The translations under genes were made by a program, and so were the position numbers. Shown one piece after another: positions 37,049 through 47,300 of a stretch of DNA of 64,000 nucleotides. Source of the stretch: a virus (lineage: Duplodnaviria > Caudoviricetes). Each line of letters starts with the position of its first letter. Positions within the stretch are counted from its first letter, which is position 1. Where the stretch lies: the IMG/VR virus record IMGVR_UViG_3300033802_000250; one strand, given 5' to 3'. The notes beneath the pieces were generated by a model that saw only the letters and a program-made list of their open reading frames with translations, was not told the DNA's origin and ran no database searches.

Positions 37049-38164
37049 TTGTCACTGTTAAATCGAATTTCCAGCGGGCTCGTCTTTAGAGACACCTTTG
37101 ATTCGCCCGAACTCAATTCGATGTGGCAGATATCACCCTCTGATGACCGTCGATACAGTTTGACAGAGAGGCCGGGAGTTCTTCGCCTGAAACACGGTGA
37201 TCCCGATCTCTTTTGTCTAATGACCAGCCCTCAATTTGACTATGTGTTCGAGGTCGATACGGACTACCAGCCGATCCGGGCGTCTGACCAAGGCGGCATT
37301 GTCGTATATCGGGATAAAGACACCCGGATCGAACTGCTGGAATATTACGATCCGCAAGTCGGCGCTTCCAAAGGATACAACCGTCTACGGATGGTGAAAA
37401 AGTCCGAACTATATGCCGGATACGGAAGCGACGACAACGGCAAGACATGGGAACTCATCGGCACCACGTTCTTGTCGTCTCCCAAAATCGGCATCGTACT
37501 TCACGGGATTCAGGAATCCCAATCCGATACGCTCGACGTATTGGAGGTGCGGATGTATCGAGACACGACAATACAGGTCGGCAATTTGCAAGAAGGCTTG
37601 AAGGTCAAACTGCTCGATGGTGCAGGGGTGTTGATTAAAGAAGCCACTTGCGAAAAAGATCGGGATCACGTCAAGCTCGATGTCTTCAATTGCAATTTCC
37701 CGCTGACCGGAAAACTGCAATTGCTCGACCCCACCGGACTCATCCTCGCCGAGACGGATGTAATCAACGATCTGTGGGGTGGCGATGTGTTCTGGTACGG
37801 CATCCATCTGGATTTGGAGATCGACGGCGTGCTTCTCCGCGAAGACCGTGAGTTCTTCCTCGGCAATATGGAGAACGGTATCATCGAGAAGAAAGCCTAT
37901 GTGGTAAACAACCACGATATCCCGATCCCGAACGTGCGCATCAGCGTGCAGGCTTTTGCCGAATATCAAGGTTGGGAATGGGTAGACATCGCTCAAGACC
38001 TGTTCGGCCAGCCAAGCATCTACAAGGACACCTATTTCATCGGTACGATGCAACCGGGAGATCGTGTTCCGTTCTGGATGAAGGTTACGAAGCGGGCAGG
38101 CTCGCAGATGGTCAGCCTCAGCGATTATAAGTTCCGTATTCTGTTTGAAAGCGGGGTGACATGA
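37049..38164 (+). CDS. Concanavalin-A/lectin-like domain virion protein
   Basis: FDSPELNSMW...YSLTERPGVLRL...DQGGI...YGSDDNGKTW resembles the lectin-like domain at the C-terminus of GH43 xylosidases. Confidence 0.65.
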   Translation: MSLLNRISSGLVFRDTFDSPELNSMWQISPSDDRRYSLTERPGVLRLKHGDPDLFCLMTSPQFDYVFEVDTDYQPIRASDQGGIVVYRDKDTRIELLEYYDPQVGASKGYNRLRMVKKSELYAGYGSDDNGKTWELIGTTFLSSPKIGIVLHGIQESQSDTLDVLEVRMYRDTTIQVGNLQEGLKVKLLDGAGVLIKEATCEKDRDHVKLDVFNCNFPLTGKLQLLDPTGLILAETDVINDLWGGDVFWYGIHLDLEIDGVLLREDREFFLGNMENGIIEKKAYVVNNHDIPIPNVRISVQAFAEYQGWEWVDIAQDLFGQPSIYKDTYFIGTMQPGDRVPFWMKVTKRAGSQMVSLSDYKFRILFESGVT

Positions 38165-40930
38165 GTGGCGCTGAAATTCGTTCAAGTCGGGCTTACCGGA
38201 GGCGGCGCTGGCGGCGGAGGCACCTATGACCACAATCTGCTGGTCAACCGTGGATTGCCGGATCAGCATACCATCGAATCCATCACCGGACTTCGTCAAG
38301 CGCTCGACCGAAAATACGAAAAGCCATTCAGCGGCATCCCGAAAAGCGATCTGGCTTTCCCGGTGGCGACGATGACTGATCTGGATTCGCTTCGTCGCAC
38401 CGACCTTGCGGACTTGCGGAATCAGATCAACGCCGTCACCGAGGAAGTACAGGAAGCACGCGGCGGCCTAAACCGGTTGAAGGAATACATCGACACAAAA
38501 GTCTCCCGCTCCGAATGGTCGGGCGGCGGAGGCTCTGGCGGCGGACACGTCGATTCTCAAATCGGCTATCCACTGTATCAGGAGATCAAGCCGCAGGAGG
38601 GCCAGACGCTTATCGCGCTCAACAAGGAGTACCGGATGGGCACTCGTCAGCTTGAAGTGTACCTCAACGGTATCCGCATGGTTCAAAACGATGACTACGT
38701 TGAGGTCGATCCGACACATATCGAGTTCCAGTACCCACTGGAATCCGATGATTTGGTCGTCTGTCAAGTGCGTGCGGTCATCAATTCCGGACTCCACGAG
38801 GAGTATTACGCAACAGCGGGACAAACCCGCTTTCGTCTGCAAAGTCCCTACGGCATCCACCAAAACATCCTTCAGGTATATCGAAACGGCGTTCTTCAGC
38901 GAAAAGGCCGCGACTATCTGGAGATCGACAATATCACGGTGGACTTCGTCGTTCCGCTGGAGGAGCAGGACTTTATCACATTCATCCAGCCGGGCGCAAC
39001 TGATCCGCTGGCCGGAACTGTCATGCAATCAGAAATTGGCCGGGTGAAGGTGAACCTCGGATACACTACCATGATGCTTCACGACGCGGTGGGCACACCG
39101 GAGACCGACTATATGGATATGTACATCGACACCTTCATCACGGACAACAACATCGACAAGACCAAATCGTTCGCATACGACTATGTGAACAAGTCCATTC
39201 AGGTCTGCGATATTAACCGGTCACTGACGGCGTACGAAGATTTCGCTGGCGGAACGGTTGTTAACACCGACATCGAAACCTTCCCGGGCCGGATTGTTCT
39301 AAGGAATATGCCGGGCGGCGGCGACCGCAACAGCTTCCAGACACATCAGGTGTTTGCGAGCGGCACAATCATCACCGACACGCTCATTGTTCGCAATCAG
39401 TTCAGGGATGTATTCCGTTGCCATGTCCGACAGAACGGGATGGATCACGAACTTGTTGTCGGCGTAACACCGTTTGGCGGCATAGAAGCGACCATCTCGG
39501 TAGAAACGATTTCCGGCATCATTCAAGACTTGAACGGAGTGTTCGATTCACAGGGGCGCTTGCATCTGGCGTACACGGCGGAAGCAAATGGACGCTCAAA
39601 AATCGCGTATGTTATAATAAATCGTGACGCAACCGTGTCAACTTTGCAGGTTGCCAGCGATGAAAACTACGACGCAAAAACGCCGGATATCGACATCGGG
39701 CCGGACGACAAAATCCACGTCGTCTTTGTCTCAAAGCGTGTCCATACTAGCTATTTCAACGTGGATTATGTCATCATTGACAAAGACCTGAATCGGTCGG
39801 CGTACAAGAACATCACCACGTATAGCGCTTATGGTGCAGAAAATCCGCGCATTGCGGTCGGGTCGGACGGCAAGGCCCGCATCGTCTATGAATCCATCGA
39901 ATACGATGGTCAGACGAAAAACATCAAGTTCGTGGTTGTCAACAACCTGTTCCAAGAGTTCGAGGCGTATATTACGACATCCACGAGCTTTGACAACATC
40001 ATGCCGGATATCGACATTGACGCAAACAACACGTCCAAGATCGTATGGCGCTCGCGGCGACTGGATGCAAACTTTGGCCTCGATTACTGCTCGGTCAGCC
40101 AAGGCAACATCATATCGAGCGTGAAGATGGTCGCCAGCGGCCTGATCTGCTCCAGACCGCGTATTCAAACGGATTACGAAGGGATTTCACACGTCGTCTT
40201 TTCTGCCAACTATATTCGTTCCGATACGGATAACATCTGCTACTCAATGGTGTATGCGGATGATTCGGTGGATCAATTCATCAGCATCGCTGAGGCTTAC
40301 GGCGTACAGATGACAAATCCGAAAATCCATGTGTACGGAGACGAAATCCGGGTGGCCTTCCTCGGCGATGTGACCGGCTACGAACAGGTCAAAAGCCTGA
40401 GTAACTACACCGGACTCGGTGTATTCGATATGGTCTTTGACTCGATAACGCCGGACACGCAATGGCTGAGCATCCAAGCGCAGGTGGTTCTGCCTAATGC
40501 CAATACATCTGCGGTCGTCGAATACCGCATCAGCAACGACGGCATCGGCTGGACGGACTGGCAGAACATTGCGGCGCTTGCGCCGGAGAAAGTATCGGGT
40601 CGATACCTGCATCTGCGGGCCAGCCTGACTTCGACGGACTCCGCCAGCACGCCGGAGATCGAGAGCTTTGACGTGGTGTATCGGCCTTCGTTCATTGAAG
40701 TTCAATCCGTTCCCAAAGCATCGAACAAGGATGTGGATTCGATTATTCCTATCGGACGTTATGAAGGCGATGTGATCTTCTACGTTTCCCGGGACGGCGG
40801 AACCACATTCCAAGAAACGTTCGTCAACACGGCGGCGGATCTTACAGGCTCGCCAGCGGGACGCGATGTGGTGATTAAAGCCCGCATTGCCGACGGCTCC
40901 AAGCTCGATGCGTGGGGAGCCTTGTGGTAG
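38165..40930 (+). CDS. Putative fibre/receptor-binding protein with beta-propeller repeats
   Basis: Repeats PDIDIGPDDKIHVVF / PRIAVGSDGKARIVY / PDIDIDANNTSKIVW; two VYxNG modules; HTIESITGL. Confidence 0.7.
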   Translation: MALKFVQVGLTGGGAGGGGTYDHNLLVNRGLPDQHTIESITGLRQALDRKYEKPFSGIPKSDLAFPVATMTDLDSLRRTDLADLRNQINAVTEEVQEARGGLNRLKEYIDTKVSRSEWSGGGGSGGGHVDSQIGYPLYQEIKPQEGQTLIALNKEYRMGTRQLEVYLNGIRMVQNDDYVEVDPTHIEFQYPLESDDLVVCQVRAVINSGLHEEYYATAGQTRFRLQSPYGIHQNILQVYRNGVLQRKGRDYLEIDNITVDFVVPLEEQDFITFIQPGATDPLAGTVMQSEIGRVKVNLGYTTMMLHDAVGTPETDYMDMYIDTFITDNNIDKTKSFAYDYVNKSIQVCDINRSLTAYEDFAGGTVVNTDIETFPGRIVLRNMPGGGDRNSFQTHQVFASGTIITDTLIVRNQFRDVFRCHVRQNGMDHELVVGVTPFGGIEATISVETISGIIQDLNGVFDSQGRLHLAYTAEANGRSKIAYVIINRDATVSTLQVASDENYDAKTPDIDIGPDDKIHVVFVSKRVHTSYFNVDYVIIDKDLNRSAYKNITTYSAYGAENPRIAVGSDGKARIVYESIEYDGQTKNIKFVVVNNLFQEFEAYITTSTSFDNIMPDIDIDANNTSKIVWRSRRLDANFGLDYCSVSQGNIISSVKMVASGLICSRPRIQTDYEGISHVVFSANYIRSDTDNICYSMVYADDSVDQFISIAEAYGVQMTNPKIHVYGDEIRVAFLGDVTGYEQVKSLSNYTGLGVFDMVFDSITPDTQWLSIQAQVVLPNANTSAVVEYRISNDGIGWTDWQNIAALAPEKVSGRYLHLRASLTSTDSASTPEIESFDVVYRPSFIEVQSVPKASNKDVDSIIPIGRYEGDVIFYVSRDGGTTFQETFVNTAADLTGSPAGRDVVIKARIADGSKLDAWGALW

Positions 40931-40940
40931 GTGAGTTGAA

Positions 40941-41312
40941 GTGAACAAAACAGTCAAAATGCTTCGCGACGGGCTGTTGTACAAACTGCACATCGCCATC
41001 AGCGATCCGATCATGGTTCCGGCGGGCGAAGAAAGATACCACTTCGTTCAGCTTCCGTTCAGCAAGATAAATATCCAATCCCTTGAGGTGAACTGCAACA
41101 AGCAAACGCGCTTTGCTGTTGAGTTCTTCGAGGACACGACGCTGACGGATTCGCAATACAACAGCGGCGAAGTATCGGGCCGCCTGCTCGATGTGCTGAG
41201 TTACAGCTACGTCGATAAAGAAGAAACCGACAAGCTCCATCTGCTGATTCGCAATCTGGATGTGGTGGATGCAACGTACACCGTCGAAGTTCGCGGATTT
41301 CAACTCAAGTAA
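40941..41312 (+). CDS. Hypothetical virion-region protein
   Basis: Co-oriented, GTG start with RBS. Confidence 0.65.
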   Translation: MNKTVKMLRDGLLYKLHIAISDPIMVPAGEERYHFVQLPFSKINIQSLEVNCNKQTRFAVEFFEDTTLTDSQYNSGEVSGRLLDVLSYSYVDKEETDKLHLLIRNLDVVDATYTVEVRGFQLK

Positions 41313-41324
41313 GGAGGGGTGAGG

Positions 41325-42152
41325 ATGGCAAAGTTTTCTCCGATGGATGTTCATATCCCAACCGACGGGCAAACCGTCATCAACCTGAATCACCCCTACG
41401 TGATGGGCTCCGGCGAACTTGTAGTGTATCTGAACGGGATGGTTGCGGTACTCGGTGAAGACTACGACGAAACCGACAACACCACGATTACCTTCCGGTT
41501 CCAACTTTCCAGCCAAGATGTCGTCATCACCCAACATCTCGTCTACTACGACGACAAAGCCGTCAAGGTGATTACCGACGACAAACAAAGCCTCTTTCAT
41601 CGCTACGGAATTGAGGAGCGGCTGAAGAAGAACCAGAAGTATACCGTCACATTCAATTACGGCCAGCAAGAGATGGGCTTTACGTTCTACACCCGCATGG
41701 AGCCGCTGTATTCGACGGTGGAAACCATCCGTGGCGATCTCGGCGTTTTCATCAGTACAATCACTGATTTTCAGATCATGTATTTGATCCACGAAAACAG
41801 CAAGATTGCCGAACAGGAATTTGCCACCGAGCTTGAGGACAACAACGGCGAGCCGACCTTCGCCATGCGGCAATGGGTTCGCTACCGCACCGAACTCGAT
41901 CTTGTGCTTCAGCTTTACATGCATCAGATGGGTCGGAGCGGAAGCGACCATATGATCCTTGGTCAGCTTGAAATCGAGCGCCGAAGCAATCTCGGCGATT
42001 ACGAGCCGCTGATGAAGGAACTGAAGGCGAAGCTGATGAAGTATCAACGTAGAGGGTCTCCGGTGAGAACAGCGGTCAAGGGAGGATCTACCTATCCTCT
42101 CAACGCACCCCGTCGTGACTTCAATGTTACGATTGGAGGTGCGGAAGGATAA
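41325..42152 (+). CDS. Putative head-tail adaptor with N-terminal VYxNG module
   Basis: LVVYLNG...DYDE module then PLYSTVETIR helical domain; position before neck and sheath genes. Confidence 0.5.
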   Translation: MAKFSPMDVHIPTDGQTVINLNHPYVMGSGELVVYLNGMVAVLGEDYDETDNTTITFRFQLSSQDVVITQHLVYYDDKAVKVITDDKQSLFHRYGIEERLKKNQKYTVTFNYGQQEMGFTFYTRMEPLYSTVETIRGDLGVFISTITDFQIMYLIHENSKIAEQEFATELEDNNGEPTFAMRQWVRYRTELDLVLQLYMHQMGRSGSDHMILGQLEIERRSNLGDYEPLMKELKAKLMKYQRRGSPVRTAVKGGSTYPLNAPRRDFNVTIGGAEG

Positions 42153-42784
42153 TGGACTTGCGGCGTGAGTTTGATCGCATCATTGACCATTACGGCCACT
42201 ATGTTCTGCTCCAGCGCACCAGTCGCCAAGTGCGGTGTATCTGCTGGAACGAAAAGTATCAAGAGTCGTCCGTCGAACAATACAAGCGGCTTACGAAATA
42301 CGAGGGAGAACTTTCCGGCTGTCCGCGCTGTCTCGGCAAAGGCTGGATCAGCCGGATCGAACGTCACAAGGTACGCCGTGACAATGCAAGCCAGATCATT
42401 TCTCTGCCACAACTCACGAAGCAGATGGATATCGGTCAGGTTGCATCCGAGGCCCGTGTGTTTTACATGCGGTTTGACTCCCATCCGAAGAAAGGCGACA
42501 TTATCTTCGAGGTGGGATGGCGCGGCCACAAGCCGACGCATATCATCCAATGCTACGAGATTCAGGCGGCTGAAGATCTGCGTGCCGGGCCGACCGGCGA
42601 AATCTATCGTACCATTGATTACCGGCCAAACCCTCTCTCCGGTCAACGTCAGCCGCACAATCCTGCGGGCGGGCGAGTGGAGTTCTATCAGGTGACGACA
42701 AAGGAGATCACGATTGCCACGAACATTCGTGACATTGTCATCCGTAGGCTCGGGCCCGTTGCGAACTATGAGTTCATTCATTAG
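42152..42784 (+). CDS. Putative head-closure/neck protein with zinc finger
   Basis: CIC...CPRCLGKG; position. Confidence 0.5.
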   Translation: MDLRREFDRIIDHYGHYVLLQRTSRQVRCICWNEKYQESSVEQYKRLTKYEGELSGCPRCLGKGWISRIERHKVRRDNASQIISLPQLTKQMDIGQVASEARVFYMRFDSHPKKGDIIFEVGWRGHKPTHIIQCYEIQAAEDLRAGPTGEIYRTIDYRPNPLSGQRQPHNPAGGRVEFYQVTTKEITIATNIRDIVIRRLGPVANYEFIH

Positions 42785-42793
42785 GGGGTGTGA

Positions 42794-44371
42794 ATGTTGA
42801 ATCGCTACGACTTCATACTTCCGGGTGAACAAAGGCCAGCGGGGATTGGCGAAAACCTGTACATCTTGGGTACGAGCGAAGACGGCCCTATCATGCAACC
42901 AATGCGCATCAACGACCCGCAACACGCCGCTCGCGTCTTCGGCGATAGGCTGAAAGGAACTCTTGTGCGGGCGTTTGAACAAGCGTATGATATAAATAGC
43001 AACATTCCAATTTATTTGATGCGCATCACAGGAAAATCTGCTAAATTGAAGATAGCGGGGTTTGTTGACGGTGAATACGTAGATCTGATCAATCTGAGAA
43101 TGATCTACGGCGGCTCGAAGTACAATGATGTTGTTGTCAGAGTTGAACACCGCGAAACGACCGGGGAGACGGTGCTTGCCTTCGATTTCGGAGACTACAA
43201 CGTTTCCTATGCGCTGAACGAACACATGGATATCGACCACCTCATCAAGCACATCAATGAAGACGCGCGGGCCAACATCCATCACATCTTTGCAACAACG
43301 GAATACGGCCACCTGCCGACCGAAATCGTCACCGCTTCCTATACGGATTCGTGGCAGTTTACGGGCGGCGAAGACGGCGTTGATGCTACGCGGGACGAGT
43401 TGTATATCGCATGTGACGAAGCGCTCACCCTGCTTCTCGGCAGGCCCATCGACGTTATCGTTCTCGCAGGAATGTATGTCGATGATGTGCATCCGGTTGC
43501 GTTCTATGGACAAGCCGTCTATGGGAACGCGATGTACGCCTCCAACGAAGACTTTCTTCAATTGGTGGATACGATGGACAACAATCGCTTCGTGTCGTAC
43601 CACGAGCGGTTGATTGATTTCTGCCGAGACCAAATGAAGTTGGGCTACATGTCGCATGGTGTCATCGGGCTCCGGCCTCTGAAGACGGTGCCGGACACCA
43701 TCGAACATGATGACTCATACATAGTCCGCTTGGTTCAGGCCACGATTTTCCGGGATCGGTACGGGCTTATGGAGTTCCGTAACGGCCAGTGGTCGGACAA
43801 GGGGCATTACATCAGCGTGGCTGGCTTTGAACCTATCTTCCGGCAGGGCACTCCACAGGAGTATTACGACAACGGTGCAGTTGCGTATGCCGCTCTGCTC
43901 GCCGGACATTACGACACCACGACGAACGTCAAGATTCCGATTCAGGCTCTCCGTTATGAGCTATCGGAAGATACGATGGGGCAATTGGCGACGCTTGGTG
44001 TTGTAACCGTCCGAAACAGTGTGCGGAATGGGTACGTCGTTACAAGCGGGGTAACGGCGGCTCATTGGGAGAGTGAACTGCACGATGTCGCGAACATGAG
44101 GATGTCACAATTGACAATCGCCAACATGAACGACATCGTTCAGACCATTTATGAGTCTGACATTGCTCCAGAGGTGCGCCGCTTGTTCACGGAGAAACTT
44201 GTGAAGGAGCGGCTGGAGGAATTGGCAAGACTCGGCGTGCTGGTGAATTACGACTACCGCATTCTGTTCGATCCGAAGAACGACTACGGTACAATCGCCC
44301 TCACGCTTCAAACCAAGTACACTGTCGAAGGCATTTCAACGTCAGCCGAAATCGGATACGCGGAGGTGTAA
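42794..44371 (+). CDS. Tail sheath paralog 1 (short, 525 aa)
   Basis: LPG, ILGTSEDGPIMQPMRI, YLMRITGK, YGGSKYN, FTGGEDG shared with the 45078 sheath. Confidence 0.8.
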   Translation: MLNRYDFILPGEQRPAGIGENLYILGTSEDGPIMQPMRINDPQHAARVFGDRLKGTLVRAFEQAYDINSNIPIYLMRITGKSAKLKIAGFVDGEYVDLINLRMIYGGSKYNDVVVRVEHRETTGETVLAFDFGDYNVSYALNEHMDIDHLIKHINEDARANIHHIFATTEYGHLPTEIVTASYTDSWQFTGGEDGVDATRDELYIACDEALTLLLGRPIDVIVLAGMYVDDVHPVAFYGQAVYGNAMYASNEDFLQLVDTMDNNRFVSYHERLIDFCRDQMKLGYMSHGVIGLRPLKTVPDTIEHDDSYIVRLVQATIFRDRYGLMEFRNGQWSDKGHYISVAGFEPIFRQGTPQEYYDNGAVAYAALLAGHYDTTTNVKIPIQALRYELSEDTMGQLATLGVVTVRNSVRNGYVVTSGVTAAHWESELHDVANMRMSQLTIANMNDIVQTIYESDIAPEVRRLFTEKLVKERLEELARLGVLVNYDYRILFDPKNDYGTIALTLQTKYTVEGISTSAEIGYAEV

Positions 44372-44375
44372 TGTC

Positions 44376-45062
44376 ATGAGTCCACCAAACTCCACAAGAG
44401 GGATGCTTTTGGCGAGCGGGTCGATGGATTTCGACGAATTCACCGACAAGATGAACGAACTCTTAAAGCTTGCTTGGGGAGAGGATTGGGGGAGGTTTGT
44501 CCAACGGGAACCCGTTGGCAACACGCCCGAAGGCATTGACCTATCCCGCCACGGGATTATCGCCTTCGATACATACGAAAGAGTCCGATCCAAATCACAC
44601 GTTTCCCTGAAGCCGATCCTGTACGACAAAAAAGTCCCGGATCCGAACAACCCGAATCGTTTCCTTGAACTTTCGCGGCAATGGTTTGATCTCACGGTTG
44701 ACTTCTACATCTATTCGCAATTCAATCGTGAAGCCCGAATCCTTATGGAAGATTTCGAGGATTTCTTGCTGACCTATGAAAGTCACATTAAGAACCTCGG
44801 CCTGTCTGAAATCATCTTCCTTGCGGAACTCCAACCAACAGTAGTAACGATGTGGGGGCAAGAGCTTCCAAGCAGGCACTTGCGCTACCTCGTTCGCATA
44901 GAGCGGATCCGAATCAACCGCTCCAATAACAAGCTCCAAAGAATTGACACCGATGCATCATTGCAGGGCGATCCCGAAGATAGGGACGTTGAGTCGTTTC
45001 TTCTTCGGCAGAGTCAAGCGATGAGAGAAGCATATGGTGATCTAATTCGTCGCGACGAATAA
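44376..45062 (+). CDS. Putative tail terminator/completion protein
   Basis: Between the two sheath genes; positional inference. Confidence 0.45.
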   Translation: MSPPNSTRGMLLASGSMDFDEFTDKMNELLKLAWGEDWGRFVQREPVGNTPEGIDLSRHGIIAFDTYERVRSKSHVSLKPILYDKKVPDPNNPNRFLELSRQWFDLTVDFYIYSQFNREARILMEDFEDFLLTYESHIKNLGLSEIIFLAELQPTVVTMWGQELPSRHLRYLVRIERIRINRSNNKLQRIDTDASLQGDPEDRDVESFLLRQSQAMREAYGDLIRRDE

Positions 45063-45077
45063 AGGAGGCTCGTCGAA

Positions 45078-47240
45078 ATGGCACAAATGCAAAATGAGTA
45101 TGCGTCTCTGCCGGGTCACTTTACGCAGTTCAAAGACTCTGACCGCAGGCTGAGGGAAGACCCCCTTGCAAGTACCACGGAATCGGTGCTGTTGCTCGGG
45201 ACGGCGACTGACGGCCCCGTGATGCAACCGGTTCGGGTCACTCCGCAAACGGCGGCTCAAATCTTCGGGAAAATGACGCACCCGAACGGCGTCGCAAACG
45301 GCGCAACGTTGCTCCAAAAATTTGAGGAAGTGTGGAACGCGGGATGCCGCGACGTGCGCCTGATGCGCGTTACCGGCAAGCCTTCGGCGCTGAGCCTGAA
45401 GGGCGGCTCCTACACCCAAGTTACGGAGCAAATCCAACAAGACCAACTCGGTCTGTCCCAAGGCAACAATGCTGTGACGTTCACCCTGCCGCACGGCGGC
45501 ATCGACACCTCGACCGTTGTCGTCAAGGCCAACGGCATCCAACTGGCATCTACCGTGTACACGGTGGACGGCGGCGTGATGGCCGATCCGACGGCATCTC
45601 CGGCGGTATCGGAGGTCAAAGGCACGCTGTCGCTGGATGCTGATGTTACGGACATGAAGGCCGACATCACCATTTCGTACGAGTACACGTACCTCGACGA
45701 AGAAGGCAACGTGCAAACCGCCGAAGTGGTGGACAACAGCACCGACGCCAACGGCAATCCGATGATCGCCAACGGCGCGGACAAGGTGTTCACGCTGTCC
45801 AAGGTGCCGAAAAGCGGCCTGAAGCTGTATGCTGACGGCGCAGAAGTGACGGACACCACCGTTTACACCGTCGATGCGGCCAACAAGACGGTTACGGTTC
45901 ACAACACCGTGAAGATCAAGCTCGGCCAGCTTCTCGAAGCAAGCTACAGCCACGATGTCACGACCGTTGTGAATCCGACCATCGAACTCGAATCCTTCTA
46001 CGGCGGTAACATCTACAACGAACTCAAGGCGAAAGTGGAGTCCGAGAACGGCATCGTGACGATCACGATCACCAAGCCGGAGTCCAAGAAGGCGCTGATG
46101 AGCGAGCCGCCGATGGTCTTCAAATCGACGGACTATCCGAGCTTCCAACTGATGGTGAATGCCATCAACACGCATCCGCTGAACAACCAAGTGGTGCGGG
46201 CTTCGACGAAGTACCCGGATCGCAACACCAACACGCTCGAAGTGAAGCCGGAAACCTACTTCTCCGGCGGCGACGACGAACTGTTCATCTCCAAAGAGGA
46301 AATGTACAAGCGTCTCGGCGGCGAGCGCGACAGCGAAGGCTACATCGTCAAGCAGGGGGCATACCAAATCCTTGAGAACTACCAAGTGGACTACGTGATT
46401 CCGCTTGGCGTGTACGCCGACGACAAGCTGATCGGCAAGTACGACAACTTCGCTTACCAGCTTGCTCTGGCCTGCGGCGTCATGTCGCTGTACGGGCGCG
46501 TGACCCACGGCTTCATCGCAACTTCGTCTCCGCAAGGCACGACCCTGCAAGAGATCGAAGAACATGTGCAAAAGCTGTTGGAGAACGTGCCGCAAACGCT
46601 GTACATGCGCGACCGCTTCGGCAACGAAATCAAGGACGGCGAAGGCAACCGAATCGACCTTGGGCAGTTCATCTCGATTCTGGCTGGCCCGGACATCGTC
46701 GTCGGCAACACTCGCTTGGGTGCCATCGCAACTCAAGGCACGGCGGCATACGGCGGCTTTGTATCGCAACTGCCGATCCGTTCGGCTCCGACGAACAAAG
46801 TCATCCCGAACGCACTCGGTCTGCGCTACGAGTATTCGGCAAGCCAGCTTGATCGCCTGACCAAAGCACGGATGGTGACGTTCCGTCTGAAGAACAATGG
46901 CGGCGGTGTCGCGGTCGTTGATTCCATGACGTACGCCCACTCCGGCTCCGATTACACTCGTCAATCGACGGTACGGATCGTCAAGGCGGCGGTCAACACG
47001 ATCAAGGAAGTCGCGGATCCGTTCATCGGTGAACCGAACGACACGGCGAGCCGGAATGCCCTGACGGCGGCCATCAGCAAGCGTCTGGATCGTATGCAAG
47101 AGAACGGCGAACTCTTGGGCTACGACTTCCAAATCGTTGCTACGCCGCAGATGGAACTCATCGGTGAAGCGCAAATCGAACTGAGCCTGCAAGCTCCGAA
47201 CGAATTGCGTCAACTGACGACCATCGTGAGCCTGTCCTAA
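45078..47240 (+). CDS. Major tail sheath protein
   Basis: LPG start, LLGTATDGP, FSGGDD, PFIGEPN, C-terminal APNELRQL; strong codon bias. Confidence 0.88.
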   Translation: MAQMQNEYASLPGHFTQFKDSDRRLREDPLASTTESVLLLGTATDGPVMQPVRVTPQTAAQIFGKMTHPNGVANGATLLQKFEEVWNAGCRDVRLMRVTGKPSALSLKGGSYTQVTEQIQQDQLGLSQGNNAVTFTLPHGGIDTSTVVVKANGIQLASTVYTVDGGVMADPTASPAVSEVKGTLSLDADVTDMKADITISYEYTYLDEEGNVQTAEVVDNSTDANGNPMIANGADKVFTLSKVPKSGLKLYADGAEVTDTTVYTVDAANKTVTVHNTVKIKLGQLLEASYSHDVTTVVNPTIELESFYGGNIYNELKAKVESENGIVTITITKPESKKALMSEPPMVFKSTDYPSFQLMVNAINTHPLNNQVVRASTKYPDRNTNTLEVKPETYFSGGDDELFISKEEMYKRLGGERDSEGYIVKQGAYQILENYQVDYVIPLGVYADDKLIGKYDNFAYQLALACGVMSLYGRVTHGFIATSSPQGTTLQEIEEHVQKLLENVPQTLYMRDRFGNEIKDGEGNRIDLGQFISILAGPDIVVGNTRLGAIATQGTAAYGGFVSQLPIRSAPTNKVIPNALGLRYEYSASQLDRLTKARMVTFRLKNNGGGVAVVDSMTYAHSGSDYTRQSTVRIVKAAVNTIKEVADPFIGEPNDTASRNALTAAISKRLDRMQENGELLGYDFQIVATPQMELIGEAQIELSLQAPNELRQLTTIVSLS

Positions 47241-47300
47241 TCCGCCCGGGGGAGGCAACCACCTCCCCTCCATACACCTCAGTAGAGGAGGAATTATGCT

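Noticed and set aside
47292-47299. AATTATGC on + strand before the tail tube
   Set aside because: Lies between SD and start codon, opposite context to the early copies; probably coincidental
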